NCBI GenBank assembly: GCA_963771175.1
Contig: CAVYSY010000026.1
Coordinates: 544,001 to 608,000 of the forward strand
DNA: 64,000 nucleotides
Source: an uncultured delta proteobacterium
GTDB lineage: Bacteria > Myxococcota > Myxococcia > Myxococcales > Myxococcaceae
Direction: 5' to 3'
The first letter of the stretch is position 1. Each line of letters starts with the position of its first letter. The notes beneath the pieces were generated by a model. That model was not told the DNA's origin. It saw nothing but the letters and a program-made list of their open reading frames with translations, and did not search any database. This document shows, one piece after another, positions 21,092-32,585 of this stretch. A program made the position numbers and the translations under genes.

Positions 21092-22033
21092 TCACGGGTC
21101 CTCCAGGACCGTCTCCGTGAGGGGGCCGCGCTGCTGTGCGGCCCGAAGCCCTTCACCCACCCACCGGGCCAGCTCCAGAGGCCCGGCCTCGGGGCGGGCA
21201 CGCCGCAGCGGGGAGAGCATCCGGTGGAGCGCCTCGGCCGAGGCCACCCGGTCCTCCGGCCCGCGCGCGAGGCAGGCCCGGAGCAATGGGCGGAGGTCCT
21301 CGTCCACGTCCGCGAGCGGCCCCACGTCCGCCTCGCGGATGCGCTCCATCGTCTCCAGCGGCGTCTCGCCATCGAAGGGCCGGCGCCCGGTGAGCAGCTC
21401 GTGCAGAGTGATTCCCAGGGAGAAGAGGTCGCTCGCGGGGCCCAGCGCGCCACCGCGCACCTGCTCGGGGGACATATAGGCGTAGGTGCCCTTGCGGACT
21501 CCGGAGCGAGTCTGCTCGCGCAGCAGCGTGGCCTTGGCGATGCCGAAGTCGGCCAGCTTCACCTCGCCCAGCCGGGACAGCAGCACGTTGGACGGCGTCA
21601 CGTCCCGGTGCACCAGCCCGAGCGGCCGGCCCGCCTCGTCCTCCAGCCCGTGCACCGCGGCGAGCGCCAGCGCGAGCTCGTCCGCCACGAAGAGCGCCAG
21701 CGGCGCCCCGGGCAGCCCACGCGCCAGGAGGGTGGCCAGGTCCGCGCCCTCCACGTAGTCCAGCCGCACGTAGTAGGCACCATCCGCGTACCCCAGGTCG
21801 TGCACGCCCACGAGGTTGCGGTGGCTCAGCCGCGCGCCCAGCCGGCCCTCCTCGAGGAACATGCGCTCGTAGGTGGGATGGCCCTGGTGCTCGGGGCGGA
21901 GCACCTTGAGCACCACGCGCTTCTCGAAGCCGCTGGCGCCGAAGGCCAGCGCGAGGAACACCTCGGCCATGCCCCCTGCCCCGAGCCGGCGCACGAGGCG
22001 ATACGGACCGAGCTGTCGCGGTAGCTCCCTCAC
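21092..22033 (-). CDS. Soluble Ser/Thr protein kinase (kinase domain only)
   Basis: GAGGMAEV, VVLK, HRDVTPSN, DFG, GTYAYMSPE; GTG start. Confidence 0.9.
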   Translation of the reverse strand: MRELPRQLGPYRLVRRLGAGGMAEVFLALAFGASGFEKRVVLKVLRPEHQGHPTYERMFLEEGRLGARLSHRNLVGVHDLGYADGAYYVRLDYVEGADLATLLARGLPGAPLALFVADELALALAAVHGLEDEAGRPLGLVHRDVTPSNVLLSRLGEVKLADFGIAKATLLREQTRSGVRKGTYAYMSPEQVRGGALGPASDLFSLGITLHELLTGRRPFDGETPLETMERIREADVGPLADVDEDLRPLLRACLARGPEDRVASAEALHRMLSPLRRARPEAGPLELARWVGEGLRAAQQRGPLTETVLEDP

Positions 22034-22057
22034 CCGCTCTAGACTAGCGCAGCCACC

Positions 22058-23392
<1,335 letters not shown>

Positions 23393-23415
23393 CCCCTTTC
23401 CTCCTCTCCCACGCC

Positions 23416-24162
23416 CTACGCCGCCCGCACGGCCACCACCACCGCGGTGATGTTGTCCTTGCTCCCGGCGGCATACGCGTCGCGCACCAGGGCCTCGGCG
23501 ACGCCCGCGGCGCTGCCCTGACCCAACCGCGCGGCAAGCCGCTCCGGCCCGAGCGGCTCGTACAGCCCGTCCGAGCACAGCAGGAACACATCCCCCGCCC
23601 TCACGTCGAGCCGCCGCACGGTGGGCTCCGCTTTCTCCGTCCCGAGCGCCCGGGTGATGAGGTGTCCGTAGGGGCTCTCTCCTCGCGCGGGCGTCTCGAC
23701 GCCGGCCTCCCGCATCTCCTCCAGGATGGAGTGGTCGCGGGTCAGCGCCTCCAACCGCCCGTCCCGCAGCCGGTACAGCCGGCTGTCTCCCACGTGGGCC
23801 ACGGCCGCGCCCCCGGGACCCAGGGAGAGCGCCACCACCGTCGAGCCCATCTCGCGCAGGTGTCCCACGCGGCGCGAGAGCACGGCGCGCTGGGCGAGCC
23901 AGGTGCAGTTGAGGAGCAGGTCCTCCTCGCGGCTGCTTCCGGGCCGGGGCCGATGAGGCCAGGTGGCCTCGGAGTCCCGGGCCACGCGCTCGCAGAAGCC
24001 GGTGAAGGTGTCCACCACGCAGCGGCTGGCCACCTCACCGCCCTCGTACCCGCCGATCCCATCGGCCACCACGAACAGGCCCAGCTCCGCCCGAGCCTCC
24101 CAGGCATCCTCGTTGTGGGAGCGGCGTCCCACGTGCGTCCATCCCGCGCTGTCGATTCGCAT
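23416..24162 (-). CDS. PP2C (PPM) family Ser/Thr protein phosphatase
   Basis: GRRSHNED, VADGIGG, HVGDSR, TRDH, LCSDGL, DNIT; RBS GAGGAGG. Confidence 0.93.
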   Translation of the reverse strand: MRIDSAGWTHVGRRSHNEDAWEARAELGLFVVADGIGGYEGGEVASRCVVDTFTGFCERVARDSEATWPHRPRPGSSREEDLLLNCTWLAQRAVLSRRVGHLREMGSTVVALSLGPGGAAVAHVGDSRLYRLRDGRLEALTRDHSILEEMREAGVETPARGESPYGHLITRALGTEKAEPTVRRLDVRAGDVFLLCSDGLYEPLGPERLAARLGQGSAAGVAEALVRDAYAAGSKDNITAVVVAVRAA

Positions 24163-24190
24163 TGCTTCTGTCCTCCTCGCCCCGGGGAAG

Positions 24191-24206
24191 AGCAAGGGGA
24201 GGGCCG
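24191..24206 (-). promoter_or_regulatory. Putative sigma54 (-24/-12) promoter of the PP2C gene
   Basis: Minus strand CGGCCCTCCCCTTGCT (GG-N10-GC with TTGC), about 30 bp before the ATG. Confidence 0.6.
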
Positions 24207-24394
24207 CCGCCAACCCCGCGAAAGGACACAGGAGCCTGGGGTGTTGGGACTCCAGGAGCCCGGCCGGCGGGTCCACGAGCTGGAGACTCCAGACCCCACC
24301 GCCTCCGAGCCAGCGTGCGGCAGGGGTCAGCCGGAAACACACCTGAGCGTCCGCTGTAAGTGGACTAACGTCGCATCCTCCGGAGGGAGGGCTC

Positions 24395-27300
24395 ATGCGG
24401 ATACCGTCGCGCGAAGCATTGCAGTCGGAGCTGGACTCGTTGGGGTACGGAGCACGCCTCGCGCGGGTCGCCACGCTGGGACGCGACGGCCGAGGCACTC
24501 CCGAGCTGGCACAGCTCCTGGCCGACCTCATGTCGGGCGAGGCCCATGAGGCCTGCCTGGCGCTCGAGCTGGCCCGAGGGGCGCGTGACGAGGCCACCCT
24601 GCTGCGCGGCCTCACCCACCCGTCCACCCTCGTCCGCGCTCGGGCCGCCGCCTTCGCCGGAGACTTCCTCCAGGACGACGCGGCCCTCGAACGGGTGCTC
24701 CCGGAGCTGGCTCCCTTCGTCCGGCGCCGCGTCCTCAAGGGGGTGGCACTCGCCCGGCGGAACGCGCTCGCGGCCCGGCTCCTCCCGGTCGTCCTCTCCC
24801 GCCACGGTGCCGAGGAAGCCGTCCTCCTCCTGCCCGCCCTCGACGCGGAGGCGGTCGGCCGCTTGCTGCGGGAGTTCGGCTACACGGTGCATGGCTGGCG
24901 CACGCTGGTGCACCGCCACCCGGACGAGGTGCTGGCCTTCCTCCGCTCGCGCCTCGCCGACGCACCGGAGCGTGAGCGCGCGAGCCTCTTCGAGACCTAC
25001 CGCACACCGCTGGCCGAGCTCACCCTGCTCCAGAGCGAGGCCGTGCTGGTCCTCGTGCGCGAGCTCGCTCCGCCGGACTCGCTCCCGCGATTCGTGACGG
25101 ACACGCTGCCGCGGCTCATGCGCCGCCACCCGGAGCAGCTCTTCACGCTCCTCACCCGCCCGGCCTTCCGCGAGACGCTCCTCAACCAGGAGCTCCCCAA
25201 CGGCCTGCTGCGCGAGGCCTCGTCCTTCTCCCAGGAGCAGCGGCTCGCCCTCTCGCGACTCCTGGCGGACGCCCCGCTCCAGCTCGCCCGATTCCTGAAG
25301 GCCCTCCCCCCCTCCGAGCGTCCCGCGCTCTTCGCCCATGCCTTCGAGAGCGCGCCGCCGCGCGTGCTGCCCGACACCCTGCTCGCCGTCCTTCCCCACG
25401 CCTCGCGAGACGCCGAGGCCACGCGCCAGCTCGGCCTGCGCGAGGTCCAGGAGAATCGAGACCTGCAGCTCGCCATGCAGGCCCTGCGCGTCATCGAGCA
25501 CTCGCGCGAGCCCCTCCAGAAGGCCGCCTTCGCCAGCAAGGCCGAGGACCGGGCCCGGGCGCTCGCGCTGCTCGTGTCCAGCACCGGCCTGTCCCGTCGG
25601 GGCCTGAAGGAGACGCTCACCTACCTCTCCCGCCTGAAGAACGAGCAGGACCCGGTCCGACAGGCGGCCCTGTCCGAGCTCGCGCGGGTGCCCGTGTCCG
25701 TCTTCACGCCCGAGCACCTCCCGTCCCTCGAAGCGCTGGTGACGTACGTCGTCGAGGCCCGGGACACCTCGCGCGGCACGCAGGTGGCGCTGCAGGAATT
25801 GGCCTTCCGGCTCATCCGCGCCCACGCCACCGGGCCCGAGAGCCCCCTCTTCCGCTTCGCCCTCGACACGCTGAAGCGGCTGGCCGGCCAGTCCGGGACG
25901 CTCGTCCTCCCCCCGCTGGAGCGCGACCTGCCGCGCGGCACCGAGCACCATCTCTTCGCGGCCCTGCTCCCGATGATCCGCTCCGCCAACAAGCGCGAGA
26001 GCTATGGGCTCGTCCTCACGCTCACCCAGGCGCTCGGCCGGCGCGCGTGGAACGTGGACATGCTCCAGACCCTGCTCGAGCCCATCACCGAGACCACGCC
26101 CGACTGGCTCGCGCAGACGGCCATCCAGCTCTGGCTCGAGCCACCGCGCACGCGGGATGTCCGGGTGCGCAAGCTGCTCGACCGCGACGAGAGCATCGCC
26201 ACCCTGCCCCTCGTCTTCGAGCACCTCCACCGGCGCCGGCAGGAGTGGTTGGATCCGTACCTCCAGGGGCGGCGGCTGCACGGGCGCCACACCACGGGAA
26301 AGACGGGCTGGATTCCCCCGGCCCGCGACGGCTTCCACCGCTGGCTGCCGCGCCAGCAACACCGCTTCCGCGACCTGCTCCTGCTCGTCGCCCGGGACAC
26401 CGAGCGCAGCGCCTGGGAGCGGATGAGCGTGCTGCACATCCTGCCCCGCATGCAGGTGGTGACGGTGGACACTCCTCACGCCCTTCCTCGACTCGCGGGA
26501 CGTGCCCACGGTGGAGGCGGCGCTCGGCGCGCTCGCCTGGCTGGACCGGCCGGAGCCGGCACTGCCCCTCCTGTTGGAGAACCTCGACGGAGACCGCGCC
26601 CGGGTGGCCATGTACGCGGTGCCCCGGGTGGCGAAGCGCGTGGCGCCCGAGACGCTCTCCGCCGCGCTCGGCACGCTGCTCTCGCGCGAGAAGCTCAAGG
26701 TGACGGTCCACAAGGAGGTGCTGCGGCTGCTCGGCACCTTCCGCACCGCACGGGGCGTGGCCCTGCTCCGTCAGCAGTGGGACAATCCCCAGCTCCACCG
26801 GGACGTGCGCATCGCCGTGGGCCATGCCGCGCGCCAGTACCTCGACGACGACGCCTCGTGGGAGCTGCTGGAGGCCATGGCCCGGAGCCCGGACGCCAAC
26901 GTGGCCGCGAGCCTCCTCGACCAGAGCCCGTCACGGCTGCCCCCGGCCGCCCGCCCCCGCTACGCGGAGCTCCTCCTCCAGGTGGCCCGACACCCGGAGC
27001 TCACCGTGCGCCGTCAGGCCTTCACGGCACTCCCGGGCTGGTCCGCTGGCATGGAGGAGCCGGTGGCACGCGCGGCGGCCGAACGGGTGGTGGACCTCTC
27101 CGGCGGCGCCGAGTGGCGCGAGGCCACGCGGGCCCTGGTGGACACGACGCGGGAGGGCAAGGCCTTCGAGCAGGTGGTGGCCTGCATGACGGAGCTCCTC
27201 TCCGCGCCCGTCCCCCCGGCGCACGACGCCGCGCCCGAGCGGGACGTGCCCGCGCTCCAGCGGCTGAAGACGCTCAGCCAGGAGCTGCGTGCGCTGCCGA

Positions 27301-27734
27301 GGCCGGTGCGCGTGCGCCTGAGGACACACCTGGACGAGCTGGCCCAGGTGCTCGCCCGGGACACCGCGCTGTGGCCCGAGCGCGCCGCGCTCCGACTCTG
27401 CGGTCTCGAGTGGCGCGACGCGGGGAGCGCCGCGAAGGAGGTGCTGGAGCTGACGGCGGAGGTGCGCGAGGAGCCCCTCTTCGCCCCGACCCTCGCCGCG
27501 CTCGTGTCCGCCTCGGTGGGAGACCCACAGGCCGAGTGGACCCCCGAGACCCTGCTGGAGCTCGCGGACCGGGTGGCCTCCGAGGCCCCCCTCGTCGCGG
27601 TGGGGCTCGTCTCGGCGGCGGGACAACGGCTGCGGTGGCGCGAGGACGCGGCCCGACGCCTGCGCACGCTGCGCCAGCACCCACGGGCCAGCGTGCGTGC
27701 CGCCGCCTACGCCACCCTCACGGCGAGCGAGTAG
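24395..27734 (+). CDS. About 1110 aa alpha-helical (HEAT/ARM-like) repeat protein; one frameshift near 26473
   Basis: RBS GGAGGGAGG; Leu/Ala/Arg helical repeats (EQDPVRQAAL, ELTVRRQAF, RASVRAAA); reading frame continues as LTPFLDSRDVPTVEAAL after a +1 base. Confidence 0.75.
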
Positions 27735-28767
27735 TCCCCACGGACGGCGCCTTCGGAGGCAGGGCGAGCGGCCACAGCCGCGCGAGGTCGGAGCGCAGCG
27801 CGGCGGCGCTCGGGTAGCGCTCGTCCGGGTGCTTCCGCATCAGCTTCAGCACCATCTGCTCGAAGGGCTCGGGCAGGTTCGGGTTGAGCGTGCGCGGCGG
27901 CGTGGGCTGCTGCTGCACGTGCAGGAACATGAGCGGCACGGCCTGCGGGTGGCGGAAGGGCAACTGCCCGGTGAGGACCTCATAGGCCACCACGCCCAGC
28001 GAGTAGAGGTCCGTCGCGGGCGACACCGGGTGCGCGCCCGAAATCTGCTCCGGGGCCATGTACTCGGGAGTGCCGAGCACCGCGCCCTGCGCCGTCACGC
28101 CGGCCACGTGCGCGCTCTTGGCGAGACCGAAGTCCATCAGCTTGAGGATGCCCGGCTTCGTGACGAAGAGGTTGCCCGGCTTGACGTCGCGGTGCAGCAC
28201 GCCGCGCCCGTGCGCGTGCTCCAGCGCGGCCGCCGCGTGCGTGAGCCACCGCAGCGCCTCGGCCAGCGTCGGGCGAGGGCCCAGCAGCCGGTGCTTGAGG
28301 TCCTGCCCCACCAGCAGCTCCGTGGTGAGGAAGTGCCGGTCCCCATCCATCCCCACGTCGTACACGCGCACGATGTTGGGGTGGTCCAGTCCCCGCGCGT
28401 GCTCCACCTCCTGGCGGAAGCGGGCGATCTGCGAGGCATCCGCGCTGGGCACGGCGAGCACCTTGAGCGCCATGCGCTCGCCGGTGGTGAGGTCCGTCAC
28501 CTCGTGCACCATCGCGCTGCCGCCGGCCCCCAGCCAGCGTTCCACGCGGTAGCGCTCGGCCACCACCTGCCCGGGAACCAGCCCCCGCACCGTCGGGTGG
28601 GGGGCGCTGGCCTTTGGCGGGTGCTCGCTGCTGTCCCCTAACAGCAGCGTGCGCGCGGGCCCGCTCCCCCGCGACTGAGCGGCGGGGGCCTGTGCTGGCG
28701 CGGGAGCTACCGCCCCCTCCTCGGGGTTCAAGTACGCGACCCCACTGTCGTGCTCATCGTTCGTCAC
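27718..28767 (-). CDS. Soluble Ser/Thr protein kinase
   Basis: GAGGSAMV, ALK, HRDVKPGN, DFG, GTPEYMAPE; no TM or sensor domain. Confidence 0.92.
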   Translation of the reverse strand: MTNDEHDSGVAYLNPEEGAVAPAPAQAPAAQSRGSGPARTLLLGDSSEHPPKASAPHPTVRGLVPGQVVAERYRVERWLGAGGSAMVHEVTDLTTGERMALKVLAVPSADASQIARFRQEVEHARGLDHPNIVRVYDVGMDGDRHFLTTELLVGQDLKHRLLGPRPTLAEALRWLTHAAAALEHAHGRGVLHRDVKPGNLFVTKPGILKLMDFGLAKSAHVAGVTAQGAVLGTPEYMAPEQISGAHPVSPATDLYSLGVVAYEVLTGQLPFRHPQAVPLMFLHVQQQPTPPRTLNPNLPEPFEQMVLKLMRKHPDERYPSAAALRSDLARLWPLALPPKAPSVGTTRSP

Positions 28768-28794
28768 GGCAGCCTCCCCTCCGCGTACTCAGCG

Positions 28795-29982
28795 TCAGCC
28801 GACGAGCAGCGACACGTTCGAGGCCGCGCCCGTGCCCTCGATGTCCAGGTGTGGCGTGGGCAGGTTGTACTCGGCCGCGGCCGTGGAGGCCTCCATCATG
28901 ATGGGGCCGGCGATCTCCGGCGGCTCGCCGTGGCACAGCAGCGCCACCACGTGCTCCACCGTCCAGCGTCCCATCCGCTGGATGGACACCTGGCCACTCT
29001 GCACCCGGGCCGTCTCCGCCAGCTCCGTGTTGCCCATCAGCTTCTCGTCCGCCGAGGTGCCCAGGTAGCCGCGCGCCAGCGTCAGCACCCGCTCCAGCAC
29101 CGAGTTCCACGCCTGCAGGTGCGAGCGGTCCTGGGCCTCGTCCATGACGTCCAGGCCCACCGGCAGCTTCTCCAACCGGTCCAGGAACGTCTGGACGAGC
29201 GGCCCGCGAATGAGGCGCCCGTGCTGCGGCGCGATGATCTCCACCGCCGGCTCCAGCTTGCGGATGGCGGCCACCACGCGCTGCAGCGCGAGGTTCACCG
29301 GCATGTAGATTTGATGGAAGGCGCGGATGCCGTTCCAGTCGGACTCGTCGGCCCACAGGCCCTGCGCGTTGACGTCCGTGACGCCGCCGAACAGGTCTCC
29401 CGTGAAGAGGACCCGCGTCTCGGGGTCATAGAGCATCACCGCGCCGCGGAAGTGGCAGAAGGGCGAGGGCACCGGCAGCAGCCGGTGGCCAGTGGGCACG
29501 TTGAGCCCGTGGCCGAACTTCTCCGTGGCGATGAAGCGGCTGCGCGGCAGGTTCTGGTGGACGATGAGCCGCCAGGTGTCCTCGGAGCAGAGGATGCCGG
29601 CCTTGGGCGCGTAGCGCGCCGAGATGATGCTCGCCGACGAGCCCACGTCCGGATCCTGGTGGTTGATGAAGACGGCGCTCAGCCGGTCCAACCCGCCGAT
29701 GAGCGACGTCACCTTGGTGGACACCTGGGCGAAGTCGCTGCTCGAGCCCGGGTCGATGAGCAGGTTGAACTCGTTGGGCCGGCCCGTCTTGGGGTCCGTG
29801 CCCCGGAAGCGGCGCAGGTACGGGTTGGAGTAGAAGATGTTGCCCGGATCTCGCTTGCCCACCCAGAAGGTGTCCGGGGCGATCTCCACGGGCACCAGTC
29901 GCAGGTCACTCGCCTGGCTGTCGGACGTTGGGAGGTTGCTCGGCGGGTTGTTTCGATTCGGGTATGCCGGGACGCTGCTCAT
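28795..29982 (-). CDS. MBL-fold di-iron protein of the ODP (oxygen-binding di-iron protein) type, with helical C-terminal extension
   Basis: LIDPGS, NHQDPD, FCHFRG, LFTGDLFG, FHQIYMP, IAPQHG; no flavodoxin domain. Confidence 0.8.
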   Translation of the reverse strand: MSSVPAYPNRNNPPSNLPTSDSQASDLRLVPVEIAPDTFWVGKRDPGNIFYSNPYLRRFRGTDPKTGRPNEFNLLIDPGSSSDFAQVSTKVTSLIGGLDRLSAVFINHQDPDVGSSASIISARYAPKAGILCSEDTWRLIVHQNLPRSRFIATEKFGHGLNVPTGHRLLPVPSPFCHFRGAVMLYDPETRVLFTGDLFGGVTDVNAQGLWADESDWNGIRAFHQIYMPVNLALQRVVAAIRKLEPAVEIIAPQHGRLIRGPLVQTFLDRLEKLPVGLDVMDEAQDRSHLQAWNSVLERVLTLARGYLGTSADEKLMGNTELAETARVQSGQVSIQRMGRWTVEHVVALLCHGEPPEIAGPIMMEASTAAAEYNLPTPHLDIEGTGAASNVSLLVG

Positions 29983-30046
29983 TAACAGGCACTCGCTGCG
30001 AGGGTTGGGGGCCCCTGGGGAAAGGGGGGGAACACCCCCAGAGCAT

Positions 30047-30062
30047 AGCAAGGCGTGGGCCG
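30047..30062 (-). promoter_or_regulatory. Putative sigma54 (-24/-12) promoter of the ODP-kinase operon
   Basis: Minus strand CGGCCCACGCCTTGCT (GG-N10-GC), about 65 bp before the ATG. Confidence 0.6.
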
Positions 30063-30214
30063 ATCACCTCAGCGGCCTGGGCGGCTGGCCCTCCCCCGGG
30101 AGGCTGGGGGCTTCGTGCACCCCGGGCGCAACCACTGCGCGGGCTCGTGTCACGGCACTGCAAATCGTGCGCCTGCGTCAGGAGCCGATAGCCCCGGATC
30201 CATGAGCCGCACCT

Positions 30215-31531
30215 TCAAGGCGACTGGGGACCCTTGCCCGGCGGCTCCCCGAGGTTGCCTAGCTGCTCCTCTGCCTGCTTCACGTCCTTGGAGTACTCGT
30301 CCAGGTAGCGCCGGCGCTCCTCGCTCTCCCACTCGGCCCTGGAGAAGCTGTCCGGCGTGTACTCGCGGGAGGTGTGGACATAGCCGGCGAGCGCCTTCAC
30401 CTGCTCGCGGTCTGGATCTCCCTGCTCCCGGAGGAGGAACCCCTCCACGTCCCGCAGCTTCAAGGGGAAATCGGGGGCATTGTCGTGGATGAGCCTGCCG
30501 AAGACGGTGAGCTTCACCTCGCGCGCCCCGGCCTCCAACTCCTGGTTGAACTCCACATAATAAAACGGAATACCCGCCGCTTCATCCACGCGTCCCACCA
30601 TCACATAGCGGCCGGGCTTGCGAACCTGGAGGCCGACGTAGAGCTGCAGCGAGCCCTGCTCGACCACCTCGCGCACCTTTCCGGTGAAGGTGGCGGGGGG
30701 AGCCGGGGTGAACATGATGTCGAAGAAGGCCCCACCCTCGGCGTTGCCGCTGGCGCGCACGCGGAACTCGATGCGCAGCGTGCCCTCGAACATGGGGAAG
30801 CCCTGGCGGGCCGGCTGGAAGCTCCCGGTCCACGTGCTGTCGCCGGCCACCTCGTCGCCATTGCGCCCCGAATCATTGAAGTCCAGCGGCACCGCGCCGG
30901 CCTGCCCCGCCCCCGCCATGTGCGGCGCCTCGCGGGCGACGGCGGAGTGCACCTCGCAAGGCAGCGGCTGGCCGGAGTTCGCGTTCTCACAGCCCACGAA
31001 GAAGCGCACCACCTCGTCGCCCACGACGAAGACCTTCTCCTGCTTCAGGCGCAGCGAGATGTCGCGCTGCTCCTTGCCGAGGGGCTGCTTGCGCTCGGGC
31101 GAGGACGGGTACACCTGGTCCGGGTGCTCGCTGATCGGCCGCGACTCGGGCGGGTACTTCGTGGACTCCCGGTACGAGTCGAGGGTGAAGCGCGCCCGGT
31201 TCAGTCGCTTCTGCCAGAGCTGACGCTGCGCCTCGCGCTCGGCCTCCTCGGGCGAGAGCGAGGAGTCCTTCGCCTCCGCGAGAGTTCCCGGAGTCGGCCG
31301 CGCGGGCGACCGGGGCGGCGGCTCACGGGCCGGTGCGGAGTCAGAGACCACGGGCTCCGGGCCGGAGGCGGACTCGTCCGCCGAACCCGACCCGGGCCGG
31401 ATGAGCCCCACGGACAACAGCAGCCCTCCGACTCCCAATACGAGGGGAATGAGCAAGAGGAGCCACCGGCCGCGGCGCATGGGACGCTGGGGCCGGGGAG
31501 GAGTGGCGGAGGGGCTGCTATTGGGATTCAT
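30215..31531 (-). CDS. N-terminally membrane-anchored protein with choice-of-anchor-X-like Ca-binding motif
   Basis: TM WLLLLIPLVLGVGGLLL, Pro linker, FNDSGRNGDEVAGDSTWTGSF, beta-rich C-terminus. Confidence 0.7.
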   Translation of the reverse strand: MNPNSSPSATPPRPQRPMRRGRWLLLLIPLVLGVGGLLLSVGLIRPGSGSADESASGPEPVVSDSAPAREPPPRSPARPTPGTLAEAKDSSLSPEEAEREAQRQLWQKRLNRARFTLDSYRESTKYPPESRPISEHPDQVYPSSPERKQPLGKEQRDISLRLKQEKVFVVGDEVVRFFVGCENANSGQPLPCEVHSAVAREAPHMAGAGQAGAVPLDFNDSGRNGDEVAGDSTWTGSFQPARQGFPMFEGTLRIEFRVRASGNAEGGAFFDIMFTPAPPATFTGKVREVVEQGSLQLYVGLQVRKPGRYVMVGRVDEAAGIPFYYVEFNQELEAGAREVKLTVFGRLIHDNAPDFPLKLRDVEGFLLREQGDPDREQVKALAGYVHTSREYTPDSFSRAEWESEERRRYLDEYSKDVKQAEEQLGNLGEPPGKGPQSP

Positions 31532-31561
31532 GGGGTTACGTCCAATGCTGCCAGACCTGGC

Positions 31562-32440
31562 TCAGAAGGCGTAGGTGGCCATGTCGGCGCGCACGGGCGC
31601 GACGATGCCGCCCCAAGCGCCGTTGGTGTAGTGGTTGTAGACCTCGCCGTCATCGCGCAGTTCCACCGTGTGGTAGGACCACTTGGCCACGCCGTTGCTG
31701 GTGGCCGCGGTGCCCGTGGTCAGGTCGCCGTCGCAGTACCAGTCGCCGGGGTTGCAGAAGCCGCCGGTGGCGGCGACGCCACCCGTGGAGTGATAGGACA
31801 CGGCCTCATCGTCCTGGCCCGGGAGGAGACCGGAGTAGAGCGTGCCCGAGGCGCCGGCGAACATGTAGAACCACTTCGCGCGCGTGGTGTTGTGGTTGTA
31901 CAGGGAGCGCGCCGTGGAGGTGACCAGGTCGGTCGTGAGCGGATCGCTCGACGCCCACTCGCCCAGGTCGGCCAGCTCGCTGCCGCCGGCGGCACCCGAG
32001 GCCACGTCCACCCACTTGATGTTCCAACCCGTCTGGGTGGTGCCATCGGTGTTGCCGCACACGCCGCTGGAGTTGGGGACGGCGTTCTTCTTGTAGCGCG
32101 CCGAGCCACCGTACAGGGACAGCGCGTAGCCAATCTGCAGGTTGCCCGCGCTGTGCGCCGCGATGTAGCACCAGTTGGCGCCGGTGCAGAAGCAGTCGAG
32201 CGCATTACGGACGCGGTAGTTCTCGACGGAGATGCGCTGCGTGCCGTTCCAGTTGACGGACTTCTTGTTCACGCCGGCCGCGGTGGTGCTCGAACCCCAG
32301 TAGCTGAAGCTGGCGTAGTTGCCAGCCAGGGTGGTGTTGTTGTTACGGCCGTGGATCCACAGCGAATAGTTGGTGGCCGAAGCCTCCGCGCCCACCAGGG
32401 CGGTGGCGGCGATGATGGCCGCGCTGAACATCTTCTTCAT
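31562..32440 (-). CDS. Secreted alpha/beta-hydrolase (lipase-like)
   Basis: Signal peptide, WIHG oxyanion motif, AHSAG nucleophile, AGGSELAD, GQDDEAV, late His. Confidence 0.7.
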   Translation of the reverse strand: MKKMFSAAIIAATALVGAEASATNYSLWIHGRNNNTTLAGNYASFSYWGSSTTAAGVNKKSVNWNGTQRISVENYRVRNALDCFCTGANWCYIAAHSAGNLQIGYALSLYGGSARYKKNAVPNSSGVCGNTDGTTQTGWNIKWVDVASGAAGGSELADLGEWASSDPLTTDLVTSTARSLYNHNTTRAKWFYMFAGASGTLYSGLLPGQDDEAVSYHSTGGVAATGGFCNPGDWYCDGDLTTGTAATSNGVAKWSYHTVELRDDGEVYNHYTNGAWGGIVAPVRADMATYAF

Positions 32441-32568
32441 TGAGAGCGCCTCCTGCTCGAACATCTTTGGGGAAACCCGCCCGGCTGGCTGCCTGGCGAG
32501 CGGAGGTCACTGTACCGCCGCATTTCCATAGGGCCGCAAATCTTTCAAACCCCTTAAAAACCGCATTC

Positions 32569-32585
32569 CTGACACATCGTGTCAG
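32569..32585. promoter_or_regulatory. Inverted repeat CTGACAC-N3-GTGTCAG, candidate operator in a divergent intergenic region
   Basis: Perfect 7-bp arms next to an AT-rich stretch. Confidence 0.4.

Noticed and set aside
23416..24738. 440-aa PP2C with an N-terminal extension
   Set aside because: RBS and promoter support ATG at 24162; the extension overlaps the divergent gene
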